NCBI GenBank assembly: GCA_964016885.1
Contig: CAXHJY010000861.1
Span: 1-64,000, forward strand
DNA: 64,000 nucleotides
Source of the DNA: Eledone cirrhosa
Lineage: Eukaryota
Direction: 5' to 3'
Every line of letters begins with the position of its first letter. Within the stretch, counting starts at the first letter, position 1. The position numbers and the translations under genes were made by a program. Positions 25,603-37,790 of this stretch are shown piece after piece. The notes below the pieces were generated by a model. The model made no database searches. It saw only the letters and a list, made by a program, of their open reading frames with translations, and was not told where the DNA came from.

Positions 25603-28600
25603 GACAGATTCTATGAGACACTGATGCTAACTACCTCCCAAATATCCGACAGTGACTATATAATTATCGCAGGCGACCTAAATGGTCACGTTGGACAACA
25701 TTGTGACGGCTACGACGAAATCCATGGAGGCTATGGGTTTGGTACTAGAAATGAGGAAGGCTCCAGAATCCTGGAATTCTGTGATGCAAATAACCTAACT
25801 ATCTGTAACACTAACTTCAAAAAACGTGACAATCACCTGATCACCTATAGATCCGGGGAACACACAAGCCAGGTAGATTATATCCTTACCAGAAGACGTG
25901 ACAGAGTGTCTGTTGTTAACACTAAATCCCTCCCCCATGAAGAATGCACCTCCCAACATAGACTGATAATTAGCGACCTCATAGTCAGGACGAGACGTAC
26001 TCGACAACAGAAGAGGACTATCCTCAGGAGGAAAATATGGAAGTTAAAGGACCCCACAGCCAGGAATAAATTTCAAAGCATATTACTTGATGCTTTCGAC
26101 AGTAAGGAAGAACATTTAGAGTCGGACAATATAGAGGGAGAGTGGGAATTTCTGAAAGCAAACCTGCTGTTGGCGACAGACGAGGTCTGTGGCTGGAGCA
26201 GGCCTGTAGGCAGGAGGAGAGTAACATGGTGGTGGAACAGTAAGGTGGAGGGGTCAATTAAGGCCAAAAAGCAGGCTTGGAAAGTATGGCGGGATGGGGG
26301 AAGTAGAGAGGACTATCAAGTGGCCAGGAGGGAAGCTAGGAGACAAGTGTACTTAGCAAGAAGGGAAGCTGAGGAAAGAAAGTTCAAGCATGTTCTACAA
26401 CGCGATGACCAAAAACGTGAGGTGTTCAGGATTGCTAGGCAATGCCAGGAGGGAAGCTAGGAGACAAGTGTACTTAGCAAGAAGGGAAGCTGAGGAAAGA
26501 AAGTTCAAGCATGTTCTACAACGCGATGACCAAAAACGTGAGGTGTTCAGGATTGCTAGGCAATGCGTCAAGGAAAACCGTGATATTGTCGGGGAGAAGT
26601 GTGTACTAAACGACGATGGCACACTTGCCATCACCGACGCTGATAAGAAGGTAGCTTGGAAGTGTCACTATGAAAGGCTTCTAAATGAGGAGAATAATTG
26701 GGAGAAAGGCAGTCTCCCCCATATCGACCCAATAGAGGGACCAGCAGTGTTAGTCGAGGGGAGTATAATAAGTAAGGCAATCAAGGATATGAAGACTGGT
26801 AAGGCGGCTGGGCCTTCGGAAATAGTTGCTGAGATGCTGAAGGCATCTGGCACGGTGGGACACACCATGGTCACCCGCATAGTTAACCAAGTCGTACAAA
26901 ACGGGGTTGTTCCGAAGGACTGGCATAGCAGCATCATCGTTAACTGTTATAAGGGTAAAGGAGACGCCCTAGATAGGAGTAACTATAGAGGCATTAAATT
27001 AATCGACCAGGTCATGAAGGTCACGGAAAGAGTAATAGCGCAACTAATCAGAGAGAGAATTGACCTAGATGAAATGCAGTTCGGGTTTGTGTCAGGCAAA
27101 AGTACCACAGACGCTCTTTTCATAGTACGACAACTACAAGAGAAGTACCTAGCTAAAGGTAAACCCCTCTACTTAGCTTTTGTCGACTTGGAGAAAGCCT
27201 TCGACAGAGTCCCCCGCTCCATTATCTGGTGGGCTCTTAGAAAACTAGGCGTTGACGAATGGCTTGTGAGGGCTATACAAGCCATGTATAAAGAAACAGT
27301 CAGCAAGGTTAGAATTAACAACGAATATAGTGAAGAGTTTAGCGTAAAAGTCGGCGTCCATCAGGGCTCTGTTCTCAGTCCACTACTATTTATTATTGCC
27401 CTTCAGGCCATAACAGAGGAGTTCAAGACAGGCTGCCCATGGGAACTCCTATACGCAGACGACCTGACACTCATAGCGGAATCAATGGCCGAGCTAGAGA
27501 AGAAATTCCAAACATGGAAGCACGGCCTAGAGTCAAAAGGACTTAAAATTAACCTGGCTAAGACCAAAGTACTAGTTTGTAGGAAAGAAAACAAGGCGGC
27601 GGTCCCTTCTGGGAAATGGTCGTGCTCGGTGTGTAGGAAAGGCGTAGGTAGAAACTCCATTTTATGTCCTAAATGCAAAGTATGGGTGCATAAAAGATGT
27701 AGTGGGATCACAGGTAGGCTAACTAAGAACATAGATTTTACATGTGGCCGGTGCTCTGGTGCAATAAGTAGCAGCAAGTGCCCACAAACTACTAGCTCTT
27801 TCAATTGCGCAGAGGGTTCTATAGAAATAGTGGACAGCTTCCGTTACCTGGGCGATAAAATCAGCAGTGGGGGAGGGTGCTCTGAAAGTACTGTAGCTAG
27901 AGTCAGAACTGGTTGGAAAAAGTTCAGAGAGCTTATACCACTATTAGCTGCTAAAGGGTTCTCACTAAAAATGAAAGGCAGGTTGTACGATGCCTGCATA
28001 CGAACAGCAATGCTGCATGGCAGTGAGACCTGGGCATTGTGTGCAGAGGATATACGCAGACTAGAGAGGAACGAAGCTTGCATGCTCCGCTGGATGTGTA
28101 ACAGTAATATACGTGAACGGCAAAGCATAAACGAACTAAGGAATAAATTAGAGATAAGAGGGATCAGATGTTGTTTACTCGAGAGAAGGCTACGTTGGTA
28201 TGGACACGTGATGCGCATGAAAGTCGATAGCTGTATAACAAAGTGCAGGGCAATAAAGATAGACGGTAGTCACGGAATAGGCAGACCTAGAAAAACCTGG
28301 GACGAGCTGATAAACTCCGACATCACACACTTACACCTCTCCAAGACAATGTCACTGGACCGAGACCTTTGGCGGTACTCAGTAACAGAGAAGACCCGCC
28401 TTACCTAAATATATAGTAAAACCTACTCCAGCCAGTAGGCATCTCTAACAAATACACCCCGTCCCACCACCCCCACCCGATCCACACCACCCCGTTCTAT
28501 GTAAAGTTATGTTGGTGCCGCGCCATCGAGGCCGAAACAAATGAGATCGTGTAGGTGTCACGACAAAAAAACACACAGTCCACGCTGTAATGTGGCCGTG

Positions 28601-28799
28601 TAGGCAACACGGTAAAAACCTCCCAGACCCACACTGTAAATGTGGTTGGTGTTAGGAAGGGCATCCAACTGTAGAAAACCTGCCAGACAGTCCTATGCGA
28701 GCAAGACAATCACTCTTGCCTCAAGTGGGACTACCCCCGTCCAAACCCATGCAAGCGTGGAACACGGACGTTAAACGCTGATGATGATGATGATGATGA
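25603..28799 (+). mobile_element. RTE LINE family B, 5'-truncated; a 121-bp tandem duplication (26323-26565) frameshifts the ORF
   Basis: ORFs 25624-26460 and 26390-28408 with APE, RT and PHD motifs. The duplicated block starts at 26323 and 26444. (GAT)n tail. Confidence 0.95.
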
Positions 28800-29057
28800 T
28801 ATAAACCTGTCAACTCTCCCTGTTGGCCGGGGAGACCTCTCACCCACTTTGGGGTGGGTGAGAGATGTCTTCTCTTGTGAAAATGGCTATAGCTTAGCTT
28901 TCATTATGTAAAATCTCTCCATTTTGCCTCATTTCTCCCCCGTTTTGATGCCCTTTTTTTGGCTGGTCTGTCATCATCATCATCATCATTTTACGTCTGC
29001 TTTTCCCTGCGGGGGTAACCACAGTAAGTAAGGTACTCAATACAAAGCAAAGTATAA

Positions 29058-29404
29058 ATATTTAATATAGAAAGGCTTCTACAGGACTAGAACTGTTTCA
29101 TTCGGTAGAAATCATCAGGAAGCAGCTGTCCAAGTAATGTGGTGGTATTTATATCTTTTCTGGTGGTGGGAGAGGGTGGAGATTGGGATGGGTGGAGGTC
29201 ATTTGTTGATGGGTTTAAAGAATTTTAAAGAATTCCCTTTTCTTTAAACCCATCAACAAATGACCTCCACCCATCCCAATCTCCACCCTCTCCCACCACC
29301 AGAAAAGATATAAATACCACCACATTACTTGGACAGCTGCTTCCTGATGATTTCTACCGAATGAAACAGTTCTAGTTCTGTAGAAGCCTTTCTATATTGA
29401 ATAT
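29058..29404. mobile_element. Hairpin element (~165-bp inverted arms, short spacer): inverted PLE-type pLTR pair
   Basis: 29058-29222 is the reverse complement of ~29240-29404. Each arm has a hammerhead. (TA)n at the right flank. Confidence 0.85.
29339..29387 (+). ncRNA. Hammerhead ribozyme (mirror copy on - strand at 29075-29123)
   Basis: GCTTC-CTGATGA-TTTCTACCGAAT-GAAACAG-TTCTAGTT-CTGT-A-GAAGC. Stem I GCTTC/GAAGC, stem III ACAG/CTGT, GUA site, minimal stem II. Confidence 0.78.
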
Positions 29405-29415
29405 ATATATATATA

Positions 29416-29862
29416 GACGCTTGGCTTAGTGGTTTGAGCATTGGGCTTGCAATCGAAAGGTTGTGAGTTCAATTCTCGGACCGGGTGATGTGTTGTTTCC
29501 TTGAGCAAGACACATTATTTCACATTGCTCCAGTTTACTCAGCTGTAGAAATGAGATGGTAGGGACTGGGGTCCCTATCATTCCACTGCAAAGTGGTCGT
29601 GGAGGTGTCACGACAAAAATGCACCCAGCCCACACTGTAAATTGGACGTGGAGGTGCCACGAAAAAAAATCACCCACCACTCACTGTAAATGAGGTTGGT
29701 GTTAGGAAGGGCATCCAGCTGTAGAAATCAAGCCAGAATCAGTTCCCGTATGAGCAAGCCAAGGTCAGTCGGCCGGACACTGCCCACAACAGGACAATCT
29801 GTCTAACCCATGCTAGCATGAAAGAACGGACATAAAACAGTGATGATGATGTTGACGATGAT
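29416..29862 (+). mobile_element. tRNA-derived SINE with an RTE family A 3' tail
   Basis: Pol III A box TGGCTTAGTGG (29422) and B box GAGTTCAATTC (29465). From 29581 it matches the RTE-A 3' UTR (17089-17368). Confidence 0.88.
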
Positions 29863-29879
29863 ATATATATACACATATA

Positions 29880-30210
29880 TAATAATAATAATAATAATAA
29901 TGAAATTATTGTGTACAGTGCTCAGGTGCACTACAACTCATCAAAGGTGCATGTATAGTACATAGAATAATGTACAAATGTCAGGAAAATGAACAGTGTA
30001 TGAGTCATGATATAATAACAATAACAATAATGAAATATTGTGTACAGTGCCCAGGTGCACCACAACTCATCAAAAAAGTGCATGTACAGTACATAGGGCA
30101 ATGCACAAACATCAGTAAAATGAACAGTGCACGAGTCATGATACACACATGTTTGCATGTGTATGGAAGGGGTACATCAGGTGTAGTTTTGGCGTATTTC
30201 GGGAAGCATA
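29880..30210 (-). mobile_element. CR1 3' UTR fragments (duplicated)
   Basis: Similar to 33862-34050. (ATT)n tail. Confidence 0.8.
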
Positions 30211-30267
30211 TATGTGTCTGTAAGTACTTTTTTCACACACCAACATACATGCACTACATTACCTATA

Positions 30268-31560
30268 TTAGTTGTATTTATTATATGTATATATAGTTGT
30301 GAGGTTCCTAGCAGTTGTTAGTTGTATTTATTATATGTATATATAGTTGTGAGGTTCCTAGCAGTTGTTAGTTGTATTTATTATATGTATTTATAGTTGT
30401 GAGGTTCCTAACAGTTGTTAGTTGTATTTATTATATGTATTTATAGTTGTGGGGTTCCTAGCAGTTGTTAGTTGTATTTATTATATGTATATATAGTTGT
30501 GTGGTTCCTAGCAGTTGTTAGTTGTATTTATTATATGTATATATAGTTGTGAGGTTCCTAGCTGTTGTTAGTTGTATTTATTATCATCATCATCATCATC
30601 ATCATCAGGTTTAGCGTCCGTGTTCCACGCTTGCATGGGTTTGGACGGGGGTTTTCCCACTTGCGGCAAGAGTGGTTGTCTTGCTCGCATAGGACTGTCT
30701 GGCGGGTTTTCTACAGTTGGATGCCCTTCCTAACACCAACCACATTTACAGTGTGGGGCTGGGAGGTTTTTACCGTGTTGCCTACACGGCCACATTACAG
30801 CGTGGACTGTCTGGCGGGTTTTCTACAGCTGGATGCCCTTCCTAACACCAACCACATTTACAGTGTGGGGCTGGGAGGTTTTTACCGTGTTGCCTACACG
30901 GCCACATTTACAGCGTGGACTGTGTGTTTTTTGTCGTGACACCTACATGATCTCATTTGTTTCGGCCTGGATGTTGTGGGACCAACATAACTTTACATTG
31001 AAAGGGGCGGTGTGGGTGGGGTGGAGGTGGTGGGACGGGGGTGTGTTTTGATAGAGATGCCTACTGACTGTAGTAGGTTTTTACTTTGTATTTAGGTAAG
31101 GCGGGTCTTCTCTATTACTGAGTACCGCCAAAGGTCTCGGTCCAGTGACATTGTCTTGGAGAGGTGTAAGCGTGTGAGGTCGGAATTTATCAGCTCGTCC
31201 CATGTTTTTCTGGGTCTGCCTACTCCGTGGCTACCGTCTATCTTTATTGCCCTGCACTTTGTTATACAGCTGTCGTCTTTCATGCGCATCACGTGACCGT
31301 ACCAACGTAGCCTTCTCTCAAGTAAACAACATCTGATCCCTCTTATTTCTAATTTTTTCCTTAGTTCGTTTATGCTTTGCCGTTCACGTATATTACTATT
31401 GCACATCCAGCGGAGCATGCAAGCTTCGTTTATTATATGTATGGTGTTATGTATTATATGTATTTATAGTTGTGAGGTTCCTAGCAGTTGTTAGTTGTAT
31501 TTATTATATGTAGATATAGTTGTGAGGTTCCTAGCAGTTGTTAGTTGTATATATAGTTGT
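30268..31560. repeat. 50-bp tandem repeat (TTAGTTGTATTTATTATATGTATATATAGTTGTGAGGTTCCTAGCAGTTG) split by an RTE-B insertion
   Basis: Period of 50 (30271, 30321, 30371 and on). The array resumes after 31430. Confidence 0.92.
30583..31430 (-). mobile_element. RTE family B 3' fragment with a 112-bp tandem duplication in the UTR
   Basis: ORF 31092-31418 (RLRWYGHV). UTR matches 28408-28799. Duplicated block starts at 30692 and 30804. Confidence 0.92.
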
Positions 31561-32339
31561 GTTTATATTTGTGTTTATATTTCCATTCTGAAGAATTCTC
31601 AACAATTTCTGATGTTATTTATACAACTGTGATAAACAGGTATACAGAAAAGAAAAAAAAAAAATGTTCATCACTTCGCCCTGGTTCTCATCTATCAATT
31701 TCACCAAAGTAAACCTGATACACTGAGCAGATTCCTGGGAATTTTCCACCCTAGGTCAGCTCAACAATATACACCTCTTCCTCCTAATTGTACGCCCCAT
31801 TCTCCTAAATGAAATAATTTCAACTTACAGTTTGGTAAGTTGACGAACCTAGGTTTTTACACTTCTTGCTCTGACCAAACTACTAAAATTACTAAACTTG
31901 CAGCATTTACTACTACACAGTCCGCACTCACCCACACCAAATCATGTGACTGGTCATAACACCATACAACCCTCTCCACTACTACATGGCAAAGATGTTT
32001 AATGATTCATTATTGGATCACTAGGACCTATTTTATATTTAATCTAAATATAACTGTAATGGGTTAGTAATCCTCCTCACCTATGTCTGCTCCCTAGTAG
32101 ACCTTAACAATAGAGCCGGCTCTATGATGATCCTGTCCCGCCTTCTAAGCACATGTTGATTTTACTTAATCTATATTCTAAAGATATTTATAATAAATAT
32201 CGATTATTTATTGTCCAATGTAGAAAATTATATTTATGGAATATATCATGTAAATACAGTACTGCATATATTGTACTACATATATCTACACACGAATGTC
32301 TACATTTCACAAAATAGAGTACCAGTAAAATATTCAGAA

Positions 32340-32825
32340 AATAGTACAGCTCCCATAACTTTCGGAAACATTTTTTCACGCTCAGAGTTGCTGAAGCATG
32401 GAACAAACTCCCTGCATCAGTTGTTAGCTGTCGAGACACTGCATCCTTTAAAACCTCCATGGAACAAACTACCTACATCAGTTGTTAGTTGTCGAGACAC
32501 TGCATCCTTTAAAACCTCCATGGAACAAACTACCTACATCAGTTGTTAGCTGTCGAGACACTGCATCCTTTAAAACCTCCATGGAACAAACTACCTACAT
32601 CAGTTGTTAGCTGTCGAGATACTGTATCCTTCAAAACCTCCATGATTCCTGTGATTCGCCAACACTACACCTAATATTCCCCCTCCATACACACGCACAC
32701 ATGTATATCATGACTCATGCACTATTCACTTCCCTGACATTTCTATATTATTCTATGTACTATAAATGCACCTTTGATGAGTTATAGTGAACCTGAGCAC
32801 TGTACACAATAATTTCATTATTATA
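32340..32825 (+). mobile_element. CR1 3' end fragment containing a 61-bp tandem expansion (~4 copies)
   Basis: Matches the reverse complement of 33870-34170. Unit starts at 32401, 32462, 32523 and 32584. Confidence 0.88.
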
Positions 32826-32956
32826 ATATTCGGGTTGATATGATTGATTTTCCCCACCAACAAAACTTGTGCCTAAATTAGAAATTATAATCTGAGTTTG
32901 GGTTCAAACTCTACTGAGGTAAATTTACTTTTCATCCTCCTGGGGTCGATAAATTA

Positions 32957-33131
32957 TGAAGCTGAAGAAGAATGTCATGAGTATCCACTTTGAGGATGTG
33001 GTGGAGATAAAGGAGGCTGTGACAAGTGCCCTGGACACCTTCACTTTGGAGTACTACAACAAGACCTTCCAGAAGTGACTGTAGCACTACTAGGTCGTTG
33101 AAGTTGGACAATCCTACTTTGAGGGAGACTA
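32957..33131 (+). mobile_element. Mariner transposase C-terminal remnant
   Basis: Translates (with a frameshift and stops) as KLKKN..FED..EIKEAVTSALDTFTLEYYNKTFQK..VEVGQSYFEGD*, resembling the mariner C-terminus G.YFEGD. Confidence 0.6.
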
Positions 33132-33281
33132 GAGTTTTGTGTTGATCTGAGATAAATGTCTCTAAACTTCTTGGTTGTACTGCGTACCAGTCAAATACTG
33201 TGTGTGTGTGACAGCTCACACCTATGGAGGTTTAGCTGGCCTCCTCCAAGGTATATCTCATTGGCGGTGTCTTGGGTAATT

Positions 33282-33448
33282 TAATGATAGGGACCCCAGT
33301 CCTATCATCTCATTTCTACAGGTGAGTAAACTGGAGCAATGTGAAATAAAGTGTCTTGCTCAAGGAAACAACACATCACCCGGTCTGAGAATTAAATTCA
33401 TAATCTTTCGATTGCAAGGCCAATGCTCTAACCACTGAGCCATGCGCC
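33282..33448 (-). mobile_element. tRNA-derived SINE head and core (same family as 29416 and 50258) with a different downstream sequence
   Basis: Reverse complement of 50258-50423. Confidence 0.85.
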
Positions 33449-33544
33449 TTCACAGTCAAATGCTGGGGCAATTTAATCTACTTATACCATCACCCAAATA
33501 ACTGGCCTTTGTGCCTACATCAGAAATTATTATTATTAGTCTAA

Positions 33545-33725
33545 TAACGGTGGTGGATTCACAGTATCGATAGAGCATCAGATGACATGCTGTGTAGCAT
33601 CGAGTTACGGCCCTTTACGTTCTGGGTTCAAATCCAGCAGAGGTTAACTTTGCTTTTCGTCCTTACGGCTGTCGATAAAATAAAGTACAAGTAATGCACT
33701 GGAGTCGCCCCAAAAATTCCCTGTT
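33545..33725 (+). mobile_element. Old tRNA-derived SINE of a second type (related fragments at 32830-32955, 33455-33535, 39280-39420)
   Basis: B box GGGTTCAAATCC followed by a GAGGT..ACTTTGC.TTTC.TCC...GTCGATAAA core that recurs in several diverged copies. Confidence 0.55.
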
Positions 33726-33861
33726 GTAACTTCTGTCTTGTGTACCAGGATATGTAAATATAGATTTGAAGTGTGGAAATGTTGGTATTTATCAAGAAAG
33801 AAACAAACAAAACTAAGCCACATTCTCCAAATCCAGCCGATCAGTGGTACAGTGAAGATTT

Positions 33862-36800
33862 ATAATAATAATAATGAAATTATTGTGTAAAGTGTTCAGG
33901 TGCACTACAACTCGTCAAAGGTGTATGTATAGTACATAGAATAATACACAAATGTCAGGGAAGTGAATAGTGTATGAGTCATAGTATACATGTGTGAATG
34001 TGTATGGAGGGGAAACATTAACTGTAGTGTTGGCGGATCTCGGGAAGCATGGAGGCCTTAAAGGATGCAGTGTCTCGACAGCTAACAACTGATGCAGGTA
34101 GTTTGTTCCATGCTTCAGCAACTCTGAGCGTGAAAAAATCTTTCCGAAAGTCATGGGAACCATGCTGTTTTCTGACTTTGTGGGCATGTCCACGTGTGTT
34201 AGACACATGGAAATCAAAAAGGTACTCAGGGTTGTTGTTGGCAACATGGTTAACAATTTTGTGGGTGTTTACCAAGTCAGTTGCCAGGCGTCGGAGCTTC
34301 AATGTATCCATGCCCAGGGAAGCAAGGCGCTCAGAGTATGGTAGATGCCTGATGGAGGGTATTCGCTTGGTTGCACGTCTCTGAACAGTTTCCAGGTGGT
34401 CAATGTTCTGAGCAAGATAGGGGTTCCAGACTGGTGATGCAAATTCTAAGTGTGGCCGCACCATAGCCATGTACAGCCTTAAATAGATATCTGGAGAGCG
34501 GCTGACAAAGGTTTTGCTGAGTGATGCTAAGACACCCTCGGCCCTCTTGACAATTTTAGAGATGTGCTTCGTCCAACGCAAATCGCTGCTGACCGTAATG
34601 CCCAGGTCACGTTCACAAGAAGACTTCTTGATATTAGTGCTGTAGAGGGAGTATGTGGACGCTGGGTTTTTACTCCCAAAATGCATGGCGGTGCACTTGT
34701 CCACAGCTAGCTTGAGTTGCCAGTCTGAGATCCATTGTTGCATTGTGTCCAGGTCAGACTGCAAGCAAGATCTATAGTGTTCAGGATCTGTCCTTTTTAT
34801 CTCAAGTACAGCTTGATGTCATCTGCGTACTTTAGTACATTGGAATTCTTTAAGTTGGCATCTATGTCATTAATATATGCCACAAACAAGGGGGCCAAGA
34901 ACAGATCACTGTGGTACACCAGATGACATCTCATATGGTGAGGAATGCTGTCCCAGAACCGTGACTACCTCTCTTCGACTGAGAATGAAGGACTTCAACC
35001 AGTTAAAAAGATCATCCTTCACACCCATTGCAGAGAGTTTTGCCATAAGCCTTTTGTGTGGCACAGAATTGAAGGCTTTCGCAAAGTCAAGGTAAACAAC
35101 ATCCACCCATGAGCCGCCATCAGTGATCCGGGTGATGTCCTCAAGAAACTCTATAAGTTGATCACAGCAGCTGGAGTTGGGGATAAATCCAAATTGCGAG
35201 GGCTGGATAAGACTGTCAGAGCTCCAGAAGTTCCAAAGTGTTTCTCTGACACAGGATTCCATCAGTTTGGCGATGCAACTAGTAAGACTGACTGGACGAT
35301 AGTTCACAGGTGATGTGCGGTCACCCTTTTTGAACAGAGGAATGACACTGGCAGTTTTCCACTGTTCTGGAGTAGCACTGTTGTTCAGACAGAATTGGAA
35401 GAAGCGTGATAACTGGTGCAGAAGGAAGTACTTACCACGTTTAAGAAGCAGGTACGTAACACCATCAAGACCAGGAGAGGCATGGTTGCGTTTATTTTTT
35501 AGGTGACGTCGCAGCATTGCAGGTGTAAATTCCATGGTTGTAATAGAGTCCAGTGTCATAGGTGGTGGAGATGGTACACTCTGGTTTTCAATAGTGAAAA
35601 TGCCTGCATAGCATTCAGTAATGAGCTCTGCGCATTCCTTGGGGTCGTCAGTAACCTGGCTTGTGTGGGGATTGCGAAGAGGACCAACTGGAGAGTGAGG
35701 CCTCTGCTTTGAGTGAACATACTTCCAGAACACCTTAATGTCAGGGCTGGTTGCTATGCGCTGCTCAAATTGAAGCACTGCCTTTTTTGTCACCTGTTTG
35801 AGGTTGTTGGACGATCTATTTCGCCTCTTCCCATTAATGTCTGATTTGTGAAGTTTGTACTCACGTTCAGCATTGTGCCGTTCTTTTCTAGCAAGACGGA
35901 CTGCTGCAGTCTCCCAGATTGCACTTTTGGGATGTTTTTTCCGCTTACGTGGCACCGATGCTGCACATGCTGTCCATATTGAGCTCAGGATGTTCTGGAG
36001 TACAGTGTTGACATCTCCAGAGTCGTAGAACTCAAGCCAGTTTGGCCGTTGCAACTCAGTGCAGTAACAGTTCCAGTGTGCTTTAGTCCAGTCAAAGTGA
36101 ACAGTTTGGAGATGGTTGTGGTTCTTGTTACTGCCCATGAGGGATAGATTGGCAATGATCATAGCATGATCAGAGTCACCTAAAGGTTCCTTAGCAGTAA
36201 CACTAATGACCGTTTCAGGAGTAGTGGTGAAGAGTAGGTTCAAAGTGTTGTCACCTCTTGTTGGGGAGGTGACCACTTGGGACCAACTTGAGTCCAGCAC
36301 TAGCTCAAGGAAGTCATTTGCACTTGGCGGCCAACGAAAGGTTTCCCAGTCAATCTCAGGGTGATTGAAGTCCCCTGCAATAAAAACATAAGTGGCTGTC
36401 TTCCTGGCAGCAGCTCTGAGGATATCACAAAGTTGAGTGTTCTGATGGTAATTTGGGGGATGGTAAACGACTCCAAGTAGCAGTGTTGACATGGTCATAC
36501 GTATATCGCAGAAAAAAACTTCCTGCTGTGATTGGTTCAAATCAACACAAGGAATTGCCGACAGATTTGACCGAACGTAGACCATTACACCACCACCACG
36601 ACGATTAATGCGGTCTTTACGAAACAGGTTGTAGCCAGTCAAGGGATATGCCCAAGTTTCCGTGACTGTAATGAAGTCAGAGTTGATACTTTTGACGTAG
36701 GAGTCAAAAAGATGAATCTTATTGCATAGACTACGTGCGTTCAAGGACAACAATTTGTACCTTGATTCTAGTCTATGATTATATGCAAGGGATGGCAGGT

Positions 36801-37790
36801 TGTTCTGATTTAGTTTCCCAGAGTTTTTTCTGTTTCTTTATTGTCAGTTGTTGTGGGTACAGTGTTTTAAGACCAGCTGGTGTCTCTTTTCCATGTTTCG
36901 CCAGCCTTAACAAACTTTCATCTCGTAGGCTGAAGCTTTCATGTTCTGCCGAGCTGCAGTTTAAGGAAGCTGCAGCACGCAACTTTGGGTGGACATCAGG
37001 TGGAAGACCAGGGCGTGTTCGGAAAGCAATCCGACTTTCACGCCTATCTTTATCAGAGACTACAAGGTATGAATGTGCCTCAGTTGAGTTTGAAAACGAC
37101 AGTCTAATTAGCCTGGGTTTCGGGCCTGGTCGGCCAAGGCGTAGAGCACCCTTTGCGGGAGCACAGCCCAAGTCTTTGGATGAACTGACAGCAAATGCCT
37201 GAAGATCAACTATGTCTTCTGGTACACCAATGGCAATCACTTCGTGGTTTGCAGATTCAGTGGCATTCTCAATGCGTCTAGGTTCAACATGAGGTACACG
37301 GAGATTTTTTAACAAGGCACTCCGGTAAGCTCCCTCATTGTGGGGTTCTACACGAACGCTTGATTTTATTCCCGCTATTTCTTGGCTTAAAGCGGAAATC
37401 ATTTGTCGTATTTCCTCAAACTCCGTATTGACGGTCGGTTTTTGTTGTTGTTCTTCTCCCTCAACAGGCATGGTAGGAGAAGACACAGTCGTCGGTTGTT
37501 GTTGTTGAAAAGTAACGGGTGAGGAAGACATGGGTTGCTGTTGTTGATGAAGTCCTTCAACGGGGGTAGTAGCAGAAGCTACGGTCGTTGGTTTTTGCTG
37601 TTGTTCAGGAACAATGGTAGAGGAAGACACGATCCTCGGTTTTTGTTGTTGTTGTTCGGGAACAATGGTAGAAGACATGATCTTCGGTTTTTGTTGTTGT
37701 TGTTGATCCGCAGCAATGGGAGAGGCAGGCATACAGTCCAGGCACTGAAAGGACCAGTTGGATTTGTAAGACATTACAAATATTCTACCT
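33862..37790 (-). mobile_element. CR1-clade LINE, near full length (ORF1 plus ORF2), slightly decayed
   Basis: ORF2 36753-34906 (LNARSL, TETW, GDFN, SDHAMI, NYRPVSLTS, YLDFAKAF, SGVPQ) continues after a stop and frameshift through YADD and 34764-34018 (RPHLEFASPVWNPY, TRGH, RVAEAWNKLP). (ATT)n tail. Confidence 0.93.
36779..37774 (-). CDS. CR1 ORF1-like protein with Gln-rich tandem repeats, a coiled-coil and an RRM-like region
   Basis: Lies directly upstream of ORF2. FQCLDC (possible PHD remnant), QQQQKP..SS..VPE repeats, EFEEIRQMISALSQEIAGIK, VIAIGVPE...RLGRPGPKPRLIRLSF. Confidence 0.7.
   Translation of the reverse strand: MSYKSNWSFQCLDCMPASPIAADQQQQQKPKIMSSTIVPEQQQQKPRIVSSSTIVPEQQQKPTTVASATTPVEGLHQQQQPMSSSPVTFQQQQPTTVSSPTMPVEGEEQQQKPTVNTEFEEIRQMISALSQEIAGIKSSVRVEPHNEGAYRSALLKNLRVPHVEPRRIENATESANHEVIAIGVPEDIVDLQAFAVSSSKDLGCAPAKGALRLGRPGPKPRLIRLSFSNSTEAHSYLVVSDKDRRESRIAFRTRPGLPPDVHPKLRAAASLNCSSAEHESFSLRDESLLRLAKHGKETPAGLKTLYPQQLTIKKQKKLWETKSEQPAIPCI

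Noticed and set aside
29416-29490. tRNA gene
   Set aside because: A and B boxes are present but there is no proper acceptor stem, and it continues into a multi-copy SINE body.
31570-32200. Unique-looking segment with CTGAAGA and a CAACTTAC/GTAAGTTG hairpin as a hammerhead or exon
   Set aside because: No matching GAAA/NUH with pairable stems, and candidate exon frames hit stops.
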